A stretch of DNA of 64,000 nucleotides from an uncultured Chloroflexia bacterium (GTDB lineage: Bacteria > Chloroflexota > Limnocylindria > Limnocylindrales > CSP1-4): positions 128,001 through 192,000 of the forward strand of contig CAVVJT010000002.1 of assembly GCA_963748625.1 (NCBI GenBank), read 5' to 3'. The position numbers and the translations under genes were made by a program. The notes under the pieces were generated by a model. The model did not search any database and was not told the DNA's origin. It was given only the letters and a program-made list of their open reading frames with translations. Of this stretch, positions 38,301-48,564 are shown in pieces. Every line of letters begins with the position of its first letter. The stretch's first letter is position 1.

Positions 38301-40426
38301 ATGTCGCGGCTGCTTAACCTGTACCGGACGCAGTTCCGGATCATGCGCGAGTGGCGCGGCGGCAAGTGGTCGCTGGTCAAGCGTCTGATCATCGTCACGC
38401 TCGTCGCGGCGATCTCCTTCTTCCTGACGTCCTGGATCCTGCCCGGGATCACCCCGGCGACGCTCTGGATCTCCGTCCAGGTCATCGTCGTGATGGCGGT
38501 GTTCAACGCGCTCATCCGGCCCGCGGTCCTGGGGTTCATCGCGCCACGTTCGCTGGTATGGACCGGCGTGTCGGTCCTCCTGCTCCAGATCCTGACCTTC
38601 TCGGTCGCCATCCGGATCGTGCCGGGCATCGACACGCAGGGCATCCTCACCCCGCTGATCGGCTCGTTCGTCTACGCGATTCTCAACACCATCCTCACCT
38701 CGATCTTCGCGATCGACTCCGGGGACTCCTTCTACGGGCTCCTCGTCCAGCAGTTGATGATCAAGCGGGCCGCGCCCACGTCGGACAAGCCCGGCCTCGT
38801 GATCATCCAGATCGACGGTCTCGCCCACCCCATCCTCGCGAGCCGCGTGCGTGCCGGGCTCCGTGAACAACATGGCGCGCTGGGTACGCAGCGGCACGCA
38901 CAGGCTCGAGCAGTGGGAGGCGATCCTCCCGTCGATGACGTCCGCCAGCCAGGCCGGCATCCTCCACGGCAACAACGACGGGATCCCCGCGTTCCGGTGG
39001 TACGAGCGGGACCGCCAGCACCTGATGGTGTCCAGCAGCCCGGACGATGCGGCGCTGATCGTCAAGCGCGTGTCCAACGGCGAGGGCCTGCTCTCGAACA
39101 ACGGCGCCAGCATCTGCAACCTGATGACCGGTGATGCGACGCGGGCCTACCTCACCACCGCGGCGATCAAGGACCAGTCGCAGGGCATCGGCGACAGCAA
39201 GGCCTTCATCGGCTTCTTCTTCAGCCCCACCGGCTACCTGCGCTCGTTCACCCTGTTCCTCGGCGAGTTCATCAAGGAGCTCATCCAGGCCCGTCGGACC
39301 CGGCGCGCAGGGATCCAGCCCCAGCAGCACCGCGGCATGAAGTACGCCGGCATGCGCGCCGCATCGAACGTCCTCCTGCGCGACGTCAACACCTCGTTGA
39401 TCATCGAGGAGATGTACCGCGGCACGAATGTCATCTACGCGGACTTCACCGACTACGACGAGCTCGCCCACCACTGCGGCCCCGAGCGCGTCGAGTCCTT
39501 CGAGGCGCTCGACGGCATCGACAAGGCGCTCGGCGTGCTCGAGCACGCCGCCAAGGACGCGCCGCGCCCGTACAAGTTCGTGATCCTCTCGGACCACGGC
39601 CAGAGCCTCGGCGCCACGTTCAAGCAGCGCTACGGCCAGAGCCTGGGTGAGGTCGTCCGCGACCTGATGTCGGGCAGGGCGACCATCTTCCAGACCAAGA
39701 CCCAGGCGGAGGGGTCGACCTTCGTCAACTCCTTCCTCTCCGAGGTCACCCAGAGCAAGGGCATCGGCCCGTCCGTGGCGCGCGTCGCGCTGGGCAGCCG
39801 GACCACGGACGGCGTCGTCGACCTGGACAAGGAGGACGTGCCCCCGCCGGCCGACGAGTCCGCGATCGCGGTCGTCGGATCCGGCAACCTGGGCCTCGTC
39901 TGGTTCACCGGCAACGACCACCGGCTCACGCTCGAGGAGCTCGAGGCCAAGCACCCGGGCATGGTCGCGGCGCTCGCGCAGCACCCGGGCGTGGCGATGC
40001 TCATGGTCCGCACCGAGAGCGCGCGGCGCCGTCGTCCTCGGTCATGACGGCCTGCGCTACCTCGACGAGGACGTCGTGGAGGGCGTGGACCCCACGGAGA
40101 TCTTCGGCCCGCACACCGTCATGAGCCTCAAGCGCGAGGACGCGATGGAGCACGCGCCCGACCTGCTGTTCATCAGCCAGTACGAGCCCGGCCTCGGCGA
40201 TGTGGCCGCGTTCGAGGAGCTGATCGGGTCGCACGGCGGCCTCGGCGGCTTCCAGACGCAGCCGTTCATCCTCCACCCGGCCGAGTGGGAGCTGGACGAG
40301 GAGGTTCCGCTGGGCGCGCCCGCGGTGTACCGCAACCTGCGGCGCTGGCTCTCGGGCATGGGCATCGAGCTGGGCAAGCAGCCGGCCAGCGGGAGCGGAG
40401 CGGCGCCGGCGGGAGAGCAGGGCTAG
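38301..40426 (+). CDS. phage-holin-like (YvlD/4-TM) domain fused to alkaline phosphatase/NPP domain; frameshifts near 38860 and 40020
   Basis: FNALIRP TM domain; QIDGL, SMTSASQAGILHG, YDELAHH, LSDHGQ and GSHGGLGG. Confidence 0.85.
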
Positions 40427-40446
40427 GCCCGGGGCCGACGGGCGGC

Positions 40447-42198
40447 ATGCGCAGGCCCGCCGGACGTCCCCGGCCCACCACCGCAGCCCGGCCCGGCCGC
40501 GCTTTCAGACCACAGGACCACAAGGTCACCCGGAACGCCCGCAAGGGTGGCGGGCGCCCGCTCGATGCGGTCGTCCTGCCCGAGCGCCGCATTCCCCGCC
40601 GGGTCACGGCGCACCTGGGGCCCGCCAACAGCGGCAAGACCTACGCAGGGCTCGAGGCGCTGGTCGCCGCCGGCTCGGGCGCGTACGCGGCGCCGCTTCG
40701 GATGCTCGCCAACGAGGCCTACGTCCGTCTCGCAGAGCGTCTCGGCTCCGAGCGCGTCGGCCTTGTCACCGGCGAGGAGCGGATCAACGAGCGGGCACCC
40801 GTCGTCGCCTGCACCGTGGAGATGCTCTCGCCCGCACGGCGGGGCGTCATCGTCCTGGACGAGGTCCACTGGGCCGCCGATCCGGAGCGCGGCTCGGCCT
40901 GGACGCGGGTGCTGTGGAGCTCGGGCGCGGACGAGCTCTACGCTGCCGGCTCCCCCGACGTGGAGCCGATGCTGCGGGCCGCGTACGGCGAACAGCTCGA
41001 GGTGGTCTGGACGGAGCGCCTCACTGGGCCGCTTGCGCTGGTGGGCGGCGTGGACATCGGCCGGCTGGAGTCCGCCACGGTGGTGGTGGCGTTCTCGCGT
41101 GCCGCGGTGATCGCACTCGCGGCGCGGATCCATGCCGTGCGCGGTGGCAGCGTGGGCGTGCTCTACGGCGCGATGCCGGTCGCGGCCCGCCGGGACCAGG
41201 TGGACGGGTTCACGACCGGCCGGACCGAGGTGCTGGTCGCGACGGACGTGCTGGGCCACGGCGTGAACCTGCCCTGCCGCACGGTGCTGTTCGCCGAGAC
41301 CACCAAGTTCGACGGTGTCGAGCGGCGCGACCTCCACGGCTGGGAGGTGGCCCAGATCGCGGGCCGGGCAGGGCGGTTCGGGTTGCACGAGGAGGGCCTG
41401 GTCGGCTGGCTGACGGGGCTCTCGTGGCTGCGCCCGGACGGCCGGGTGGTCGCGAGGGGCCTGGAGCCGCAGGCGGGCGTCGGGCCGGGCGGGGAGATCC
41501 CCGCCTACCGGCGCCTCTCGCGGGCCCAGCTGGGTCCCGCCCGCGCCGACCTTGGCTCGCTGCCGCCGCATCGCTGGCCCGATGCGCTGGAGGCCTGGTC
41601 GCGGGCAGCCCATGCCGCCACGCGCGACGCCGGCTGGTTGCGCACGGCGCCGGTCGCGCCGATCCGGGACCGCCTGCTGGCCGTCGGCCTGGCGCGCCTG
41701 CGCCGCCTCCCGCCCGACGACGCGTGGTCGATCGCCCTGGCGCCGGTCGATGCAGGCGACCAGGGCCCGCTCCTGGTGCGCCTCGCGGAGGCGCTGGTCA
41801 CCCGGCACTCGCTCGCGGACCTCGTGGACCTGCGCGACGTGGCGGGCGCCGCGATCGGGGAGGCCGAGGCGCTCTCGGCACGGGCCGCGATCCTGCGCTG
41901 GTTCACCCGCCGCCACCCGGGCGTCGGCGGCATCTCCGCCGCGCAGGCAGATGCGCTCGAGGCTGCCGCATCGGCCAGGGTGATCGAGCTGGTGCCGCTG
42001 ACGATCGAGGGGGCAGGCGCCGGGCGCTGCGAGGTCTGCGGGCGCGAGGCGGCCCCATGGTTCTCGCGGTGCGACGCCTGCCAGGCGCAGGCGGGCGCCA
42101 GGCCCCCGGCCGCCAGCCCCGCGGCCGCATCGGGGGCCCGGCCGCCCAAGCCCCCGCCCAACCGCGCGGAGCGACGCCGCCGCGCCCGACGCGGCTGA
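40447..42198 (+). CDS. SUV3-like SF2 RNA helicase with C-terminal Cys4 zinc ribbon
   Basis: GPANSGKT, PLRMLA, DEVH, ATDVLGHGVNL and QIAGRAGRFG; CEVC...CDAC. Confidence 0.88.
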   Translation: MRRPAGRPRPTTAARPGRAFRPQDHKVTRNARKGGGRPLDAVVLPERRIPRRVTAHLGPANSGKTYAGLEALVAAGSGAYAAPLRMLANEAYVRLAERLGSERVGLVTGEERINERAPVVACTVEMLSPARRGVIVLDEVHWAADPERGSAWTRVLWSSGADELYAAGSPDVEPMLRAAYGEQLEVVWTERLTGPLALVGGVDIGRLESATVVVAFSRAAVIALAARIHAVRGGSVGVLYGAMPVAARRDQVDGFTTGRTEVLVATDVLGHGVNLPCRTVLFAETTKFDGVERRDLHGWEVAQIAGRAGRFGLHEEGLVGWLTGLSWLRPDGRVVARGLEPQAGVGPGGEIPAYRRLSRAQLGPARADLGSLPPHRWPDALEAWSRAAHAATRDAGWLRTAPVAPIRDRLLAVGLARLRRLPPDDAWSIALAPVDAGDQGPLLVRLAEALVTRHSLADLVDLRDVAGAAIGEAEALSARAAILRWFTRRHPGVGGISAAQADALEAAASARVIELVPLTIEGAGAGRCEVCGREAAPWFSRCDACQAQAGARPPAASPAAASGARPPKPPPNRAERRRRARRG

Positions 42199-42332
42199 CC
42201 GGCGCGGCTGACGGTTCGCGCACGTCCGCGGCCGCGACGTGCCGCGGCCATGGCTGGGGGCCATTCCGCCCTTGCCAGTCGGGTCTTGTGGATGCCTGCA
42301 GCATCTGCCAGCGTCTGCGGAGGAGGTGCGAC

Positions 42333-43133
42333 ATGCGCGCAGCGGGCAAGGTGATTGTCGTCACGGGTGCAGGCAGCGGCATGGGGCGCGAGGTCGTCCT
42401 GGAGCTGCTGCGGCGAGGGGCGAAGGTCGCGGGCGTGGACATCAACGAGGCGACCCTCGCCGAGACCGTCACCCTGTCAGGAGCGGGTCCGGACCGGATC
42501 GCGACGTTCGCGCTGTCCGTGGCCGACCGGGCCGCCGTCGAGGCCCTGCCCGAGGCCGTGGCCGGGAGGCTCGGTGCAGTGGACGGCCTCATCAACTGCG
42601 CCGGGATCATCCAGCCGTTCGTGCGGCTCAAGGACCTCGATTACGCCGCCATCGACCGCGTCTTCGACGTGAACTGGCGCGGCACGCTCTACATGACCAA
42701 GACGTTCCTGCCCGGCCTCCTCGCGCGGCCCGAGGGCCATGTGGTCAACGTCTCGAGCATGGGTGGCTTCCTGCCCGTACCCGGCCAGACCATCTACGGC
42801 GCGTCGAAGGCCGCCGTGAAGCTCATGACCGAGGGCCTCAACAGCGAGTGCAAGGGCACCGGTGTCCGGGTGACGGTCGTGTTCCCCGGTGGCGTGGCCA
42901 CGAACATCACCACCAACTCGGGCGTGGCGATGCCCAACATGCCGGCCGGCGGCAAGATGCCCAAGACCACCACGGCGCCCGATGCGGCGCGGATGATCCT
43001 CGACGGGATGGAGCGGGACGCATTCCGGGTGCTCGTGGGCGGCGACGCGAAGATGATGGACCGCTTCTACCGGCTCAGCCCCAAGCGCGCCGCCGGTCTC
43101 ATCGCCGACAAGATGAAGGCGCTCCTGGGCTAG
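42333..43133 (+). CDS. short-chain dehydrogenase/reductase
   Basis: TGAGSGMG, NCAG and YGASK; GGAGG RBS. Confidence 0.93.
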   Translation: MRAAGKVIVVTGAGSGMGREVVLELLRRGAKVAGVDINEATLAETVTLSGAGPDRIATFALSVADRAAVEALPEAVAGRLGAVDGLINCAGIIQPFVRLKDLDYAAIDRVFDVNWRGTLYMTKTFLPGLLARPEGHVVNVSSMGGFLPVPGQTIYGASKAAVKLMTEGLNSECKGTGVRVTVVFPGGVATNITTNSGVAMPNMPAGGKMPKTTTAPDAARMILDGMERDAFRVLVGGDAKMMDRFYRLSPKRAAGLIADKMKALLG

Positions 43134-43166
43134 CCGGCCGATCCCGGGCTGGGTTCTGGGTCCATC

Positions 43167-43275
43167 GCCCAACCATGGGGCGAAACGGTCCGTGGCCCAC
43201 GGGGCTCGACCCACGCATCGACCGTCGGGGCCTCCAGCCCAGCGTGGAGCTCCTCGATTCCCCCAGACGTGGGGC
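43167..43275. repeat. imperfect palindromic intergenic element (REPIN-like, subfamily B)
   Basis: GCCCAACCATGGGGCGAA...TTCCCCCAGACGTGGGGC; right arm is 14/18 identical to that of 18722-18832. Confidence 0.5.
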
Positions 43276-43316
43276 GTCGCCGGCTGCAACCTGATCATCG
43301 GGTCGACCAGGCGCGG

Positions 43317-44000
43317 TCAGGCCGGCTTGAGGCCCAACGCTCCGCGCAGCTCCGAAGGCAGCGCGGAGAAGTCAGCGACGGTGGCCATGGCGCCTGCCTC
43401 GAGCAGCGCCTCTGCTGACTGCGAGGACGTGATGCCCAGGACCGTCGCCCCGGACGCAACGCCCGCGCGCACCCCGTTCACCGCATCCTCCACGACCAGG
43501 CAGCGCGCGGGCTCCACGCCGAGTGCCGCCGCCGCCACGAGGAACGTCTCCGGGTCCGGCTTCTTGCGGGTCACCTGCTCCGCCGACACCACCGCATCGA
43601 AGGCCGACTCCGGGATGCCGATCGCCGCCAGGTTGCCATCGAGCTTCGGTCGTGACGAGCCCGTCGCTAGGGCGATCCGCACCCCTGCCCCACGCAGGGC
43701 GGCGAGGAACGCGGCCCCGCCCGGAACCGGCTGGAGCGCGCCCGCGATCAGCTCCAGGTAGACCTCGTACATCAGCGGCTTGTCGACTGCGAGATCCACC
43801 GCGATCCCGTGGGCCTCGGCGGCCCCGGCCAGGAACCGGTCGTCGCCGGCCCCCACGAACGGCGCGAAGTCCGCGTCCGTGACCGGTATGCCGTAGCGGC
43901 GGCGGAGCGCCTCGGCGGCGGCTGCCGCGATGAACGGCTCCGAATCGCACAGGACGCCATCGAGGTCGAAGAGGACGGCGTCGAAGCGGCGGTCGATCAC
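43317..44000 (-). CDS. HAD-superfamily phosphatase
   Basis: FDLDGVL, ATGS, KKPDP and VEDAVNG. Confidence 0.92.
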   Translation of the reverse strand: MIDRRFDAVLFDLDGVLCDSEPFIAAAAAEALRRRYGIPVTDADFAPFVGAGDDRFLAGAAEAHGIAVDLAVDKPLMYEVYLELIAGALQPVPGGAAFLAALRGAGVRIALATGSSRPKLDGNLAAIGIPESAFDAVVSAEQVTRKKPDPETFLVAAAALGVEPARCLVVEDAVNGVRAGVASGATVLGITSSQSAEALLEAGAMATVADFSALPSELRGALGLKPA

Positions 44001-44057
44001 GGGCCGACCCTAGCACGCACACCCGCTCGGTCGTTCCTGCTCCGTGCGCGAATCCCC

Positions 44058-44123
44058 TTGACATCGACGAACCGACGGAGCATCGTACGCACCGTTCCGC
44101 AACTGATCGAAGTTTCGATTAGT
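44058..44123 (+). promoter_or_regulatory. sigma70 promoter and palindromic operator of the rhamnose operon
   Basis: TTGACA-N17-CATCGT; ACTGATCGAA-GT-TTCGATTAGT inverted repeat at 44102-44123. Confidence 0.65.
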
Positions 44124-44150
44124 ACCGACTTGCTTCTATTCCGGAGCGAA

Positions 44151-44978
44151 GTGACAGCAAACCTCGAGCAGCAACCGGCGAGCGCATCGGTCTTCGCGCC
44201 CGAGCGGCAGGAGGCGATCGCGCGGCTCGTGGCTGACGTTGGGCGCGTGCGCGTGACCGACATGGCCTCCCGCTTCGGCGTCTCACAGGTCACCATCCGC
44301 AAGGACCTCGAGGCCCTCGAGCTGGACGGGCGCGTCACCCGCACCCACGGTGGGGCGATCCCCGGCCGGACGGCGGCCCGCCCGGAGCCTGCCTTCGGCG
44401 TGCGCGAACGGCTGCAGGCGGACGAGAAGACGGCCATCGGCCAGACCGCCGCCGGGTACATCAAGGACGGCGACAGCATCGTGTTCGACGCCAGCTCCAC
44501 GGCGCTGTATGTCGCACGCCAGCTGCTCACCCGGGACTGGCATCAGCTCACGATCCTGACCAACAGCATCCGGATCGCCCTCGAGCTCGCCGGCAAGCAG
44601 GGGATCACCGTGCTGATGCTCGGCGGCCGCGTGCGCGCCGAGGCGCTCTCGGTGGTCGGCCCGCTTGGCGACGGCGTCTTCCGTCGCGTGAACGTCCAGA
44701 AGGCCTTCGTGGGCGCCGTCGGGCTGACGATCGACGTCGGCCTGTCGGACGCCATGGAGGAAGAGGCGCAGATCAAGCGGTCCATGGTTGCCGCGGCCCG
44801 GGAGGTGTACGCCCTGGTGGACCACACGAAGTGGGGCCGCGACGCCGCCGCGACGTTCTGCCGGACCGATCGGTTGACGGCCGTGGTGACCGACGAAGGA
44901 GCCCCGGGCGCTATGGTGGCCGCGTTGCGCGCGGCCGGGGTTGACGTGATCCTGGCAGCGGGAGAGGTCGCCCGATGA
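44151..44978 (+). CDS. DeoR/GlpR family transcriptional regulator (RhaR-like)
   Basis: VSQVTIRKDL HTH, RTHGGA, DASST and DHTKW. Confidence 0.93.
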   Translation: MTANLEQQPASASVFAPERQEAIARLVADVGRVRVTDMASRFGVSQVTIRKDLEALELDGRVTRTHGGAIPGRTAARPEPAFGVRERLQADEKTAIGQTAAGYIKDGDSIVFDASSTALYVARQLLTRDWHQLTILTNSIRIALELAGKQGITVLMLGGRVRAEALSVVGPLGDGVFRRVNVQKAFVGAVGLTIDVGLSDAMEEEAQIKRSMVAAAREVYALVDHTKWGRDAAATFCRTDRLTAVVTDEGAPGAMVAALRAAGVDVILAAGEVAR

Positions 44979-46474
44979 CGACCCCGCGCGTCGAGCTCCG
45001 CGGCATCTCGAAGCAGTTCGGGGCCACGGCGGCGCTCACCGACGTGTCGCTCGACCTGCTGCCGGGCGAGGTCCACGCGCTTGTCGGCGAGAACGGCGCC
45101 GGCAAGAGCACCCTGGTCAAGATCCTCGCCGGCGTCCACCAGCCCGACGCCGGCACGATCATGCTCGACGGGACGCCGATCCAGCTGCATGGGCCATCGC
45201 AGTCCCGCGGGCTTGGCATCGCGGTCGTCCACCAGGAGCCGCGCCTCTTTCCCGACCTGTCCGTCGCGGAGAACGTCTACATCGGCCACGCGCCGTCCGG
45301 CGTCATGGGGTCGATCGACTGGCGCGCCATGCGCAAGGCGGCTCAGGCACTGTTCACAGAGCTCGACGTCCAGCTTGACGCCGGTGCGCCCGTCCGTGGC
45401 CTGTCGATGGCCGACCAGCAGCTGATCGAGATCGCAAAGGCCCTCTCGGTCGAGGCGCGGGTGCTCATCCTCGACGAGCCGACCGCCTCCCTCTCGGCCC
45501 ACGAGGTCGAGCGGCTGTTCGCCATCGTCCGCCGCCTGCGGGACCGTGGTGTGGCGGTGTTGTTCGTGAGCCATCGCCTGGACGAGGTGTTCGCCCTCTG
45601 CGATCGAGCCACCGTCTTCCGCGATGGCCGCCACGTCATCACCGCGCCGACGGCCGACTTCACGACCGCCGACCTGATCCGCCACATGGTCGGGCGAACG
45701 GTGTCGCTGTTCCCGAAGATTGAGAACCCGATCGGCGAGGTCCTGCTCGAGGTCTCGAATCTGACCCGGGTCGGCGTGTTCCGGGATGTCTCGTTCAGTG
45801 TGCGGGCGGGCGAGATCCTGGGGCTCGCGGGCCTCGTGGGCGCCGGCCGCTCCGAGGTGGCCCGGGTCCTGTTCGGGATCGACCGGCGCGACAGTGGCAC
45901 GGTGACACTCGAAGGACGGCCGGTTGACTTCGCGGCGCCGTCGGCGGCGATGACCGCAGGCATCGCCTACCTCCCCGAGGACCGGCACCAGCAGGGCCTC
46001 GTGCTCGACTTCTCGATCGCCCAGAACGTGACGCTGCCGATCCTGCCCCGCCTGTTTCCCCGGCTCCTCGTGCGTGCGTCGACCGAGCGTGCGGTCGCGA
46101 CCGAGCACACCGAGCAGTTCAACGTCCGGATGACAAGCGTCGACCAGGAGGTCGGTGCCCTGTCGGGCGGCAACCAGCAGAAGGTCGTCCTGGCCAAGTG
46201 GCTGGCATCGGGCCCCAAGGTCCTCATCCTTGACGAGCCCACGCGCGGCATCGACATCGGGGCAAAGGTGGAGGTTCACCGGCTTATCGCGGAGCTCGCA
46301 GCCAAGGGGCTGGCGATCATCCTCATCTCGAGCGACCTGCCCGAGGTCCTGGCGATGTCCGACCGGATCGTCGTCCTCCACGAGGGCCGCGTCTCCGCCG
46401 AGATCTCCCGGCAGGAAGCAACCCAGGAGCGCGTCATGTTTGCCGCCACCGGCACCCAACCGACCAATGGCTGA
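44975..46474 (+). CDS. rhaT: L-rhamnose ABC transporter ATP-binding protein
   Basis: GENGAGKST, LSGGNQQK and DEPTRGIDIG; rhamnose operon context. Confidence 0.92.
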   Translation: MTTPRVELRGISKQFGATAALTDVSLDLLPGEVHALVGENGAGKSTLVKILAGVHQPDAGTIMLDGTPIQLHGPSQSRGLGIAVVHQEPRLFPDLSVAENVYIGHAPSGVMGSIDWRAMRKAAQALFTELDVQLDAGAPVRGLSMADQQLIEIAKALSVEARVLILDEPTASLSAHEVERLFAIVRRLRDRGVAVLFVSHRLDEVFALCDRATVFRDGRHVITAPTADFTTADLIRHMVGRTVSLFPKIENPIGEVLLEVSNLTRVGVFRDVSFSVRAGEILGLAGLVGAGRSEVARVLFGIDRRDSGTVTLEGRPVDFAAPSAAMTAGIAYLPEDRHQQGLVLDFSIAQNVTLPILPRLFPRLLVRASTERAVATEHTEQFNVRMTSVDQEVGALSGGNQQKVVLAKWLASGPKVLILDEPTRGIDIGAKVEVHRLIAELAAKGLAIILISSDLPEVLAMSDRIVVLHEGRVSAEISRQEATQERVMFAATGTQPTNG

Positions 46475-47483
46475 GGCGGGCAGGCCGGCGCGGGCCGGGA
46501 GTCGCAACCTGCTGATCACGATCGGGCGTCAGCGCGAGCTGACCCTGGTCCTGATCATGATCGTGATGGGCACCGGCGTGGCCCTGATCGCCCCCCAGTT
46601 CCTCTCGGTGAACAACTTCAGCCAGGTCGCGGTCCTCGCGTCGATCACGGCGATCGCCGCGCTTGGCCAGGCGATGGTGATCATCACCCGGGGCATCGAC
46701 CTCTCGGTCGAGGCCACGATCGGCCTGGTCGCGTACAGCATCGCCCGCTCGCTCGAGCTGCAGCTGGTCGATCCGGTCGGCGCCCTGGCCATGGGGCTGC
46801 TCATCGGCCTGGGGCTGGGCATGGTGAACGGCTTCATCATCGCCGTGCTCAAGGTGCCGGCGATCGTCGCCACGCTGGGCACGCTGAGCATCTTCCGCGG
46901 GATCGACTACATCATCGCCGGCCCCGACCAGGTGCCGCTCGCCGGCCTCCCCGAAGGGTTCACCGACATCGCCCGCGCCGACGTGTTGGGGATCCCGGTG
47001 TTCGTCATCGGCACCGTCGCCATCGTCATCGTCGGCTCGCTGCTCCTGAAGTCGACGCGCTTCGGCCGCCAGATCTACGCCGTCGGCAGCAACCCCGAGG
47101 CGGCCGAGATCCTCGGCATCCCGTCCCGGCGGGCGATCTTCGTCGCCTACGCGGTGTGCGGCATGCTCGCCGGCCTGGCGGGCGTCATGTGGGTCATCCA
47201 GTTCGGGACGATCAACGGCACCGCGGCCACGGGCGCCACGCTCGCGATCGTGGCCGCCGTCGTCGTCGGCGGGGTGAACACCCTGGGCGGATCCGGGACG
47301 CTGGCCGGCGCCGCCATCGGCGCCCTGTTCCTGGGCTTCATCGCCAACGCGCTGATCCTTGTCGGGCTGTCGCAGTTCTGGCTGCAGGCCATCTATGGTG
47401 TCGTGATCCTGCTCGCGATCAGCAGCGACCAGCTGATCCGGCGCGGCGTGGAGCGCGCGAACACCCGGAGCGGCGCCCGATGA
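46467..47483 (+). CDS. rhaP: L-rhamnose ABC transporter permease
   Basis: GIDLSV, VATLGT and GRQIYAVGSNPEAA. Confidence 0.9.
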   Translation: MAEAGRPARAGSRNLLITIGRQRELTLVLIMIVMGTGVALIAPQFLSVNNFSQVAVLASITAIAALGQAMVIITRGIDLSVEATIGLVAYSIARSLELQLVDPVGALAMGLLIGLGLGMVNGFIIAVLKVPAIVATLGTLSIFRGIDYIIAGPDQVPLAGLPEGFTDIARADVLGIPVFVIGTVAIVIVGSLLLKSTRFGRQIYAVGSNPEAAEILGIPSRRAIFVAYAVCGMLAGLAGVMWVIQFGTINGTAATGATLAIVAAVVVGGVNTLGGSGTLAGAAIGALFLGFIANALILVGLSQFWLQAIYGVVILLAISSDQLIRRGVERANTRSGAR

Positions 47484-48553
47484 CGACGACCGCCCCGTCC
47501 ACTCCCGCCGTGTCGACCCGCGAGGGACCCCCGCGCTGGGTGCGCGCGCTCGCCCGCTGGGAGACGGTCCTCGCCTTCGCCCTCCTGGGCATGATCGCGA
47601 TGGGCAACGCCCTGTCGCCCTTCTTCCTGACCCCTCAGAACTTCTCGAACCTGCTCGCCGCCCTCATGGAGGTGGCGATCATGGCCCTGCCCCTCACGCT
47701 GGTCATCATCCTGGGCGAGATCGACCTGTCCGTGGAGTCGATGGCCGGCCTTGCCAGTGCGGCCCTCGGCTTCATGTGGGCCGCAGGCGTGCCGCTCGAG
47801 GTGGGGATCCCGGTGGTCCTGGTCATCGGCGCTGTCGGCGGGCTCCTGAACGGGACGCTGGTCGCCCGCGGCGGCCTCCCGTCACTTGTCGTCACGCTGG
47901 GCACCCTGGCCCTGTTCCGGGGCATGGCGCTGATCGTCCTCGGGCCGCTCGGCATCAGCAACTTCCCGCCGGCGTTCACGGAGCTCGGCTTCGGCGACGT
48001 GCCGGGGACGGTGATCCCGTGGTCCTTCGTGATCTTCCTCGGCCTCGCCCTGGTGCTGGGCATCGTCCTCCACCGCACGTGGATCGGGCGCCAGACGTAC
48101 GCCATCGGCCGCAACGCCGGCACCGCGCGCTTCTCGGGTGTCCGGGTCACCCGGCTGCGCATCGCCCTGTTCATGCTCTCCGGGACGATCGCCGCCTTCG
48201 CCGGGATCATCCTCACGTCCCGCCTCTCCAGCGCCCGCGCCGACGCCGGCGCCGGGATGACCATCACCGCCGTGACGGTCGTCCTGCTTGGGGGCGCCAA
48301 CATCTTCGGCGGCCGGGGCACGATCCTGGGGACCGTGCTGGCCGTCCTGACCATCGCGGTCATGCAGAACGCCCTCCGCCTCGCCAGCGTGTCGGTCGAG
48401 GTCCAGAGCATCGCGCTCGGACTCCTGCTGATCCTGTCGGTCCTCATTCCCACCTTTGCTCACCAGGCCAGGAAGGTCATCGATCGAGCCCAGAGGCGCC
48501 GACGCCCGTCGGCCGACTCGATCCCGGGTGAGCCGGAGCTCGCACAGAAATAG
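47480..48553 (+). CDS. rhaQ: L-rhamnose ABC transporter permease
   Basis: WE motif, GEIDLSV, TLGTLALFRG and ARFSG. Confidence 0.9.
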   Translation: MTTTAPSTPAVSTREGPPRWVRALARWETVLAFALLGMIAMGNALSPFFLTPQNFSNLLAALMEVAIMALPLTLVIILGEIDLSVESMAGLASAALGFMWAAGVPLEVGIPVVLVIGAVGGLLNGTLVARGGLPSLVVTLGTLALFRGMALIVLGPLGISNFPPAFTELGFGDVPGTVIPWSFVIFLGLALVLGIVLHRTWIGRQTYAIGRNAGTARFSGVRVTRLRIALFMLSGTIAAFAGIILTSRLSSARADAGAGMTITAVTVVLLGGANIFGGRGTILGTVLAVLTIAVMQNALRLASVSVEVQSIALGLLLILSVLIPTFAHQARKVIDRAQRRRRPSADSIPGEPELAQK

Positions 48554-48564
48554 GAGGAACACTC

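Noticed and set aside
38301-38760. Prophage holin
   Set aside because: No endolysin, structural or integrase genes; the domain is fused to a phosphatase
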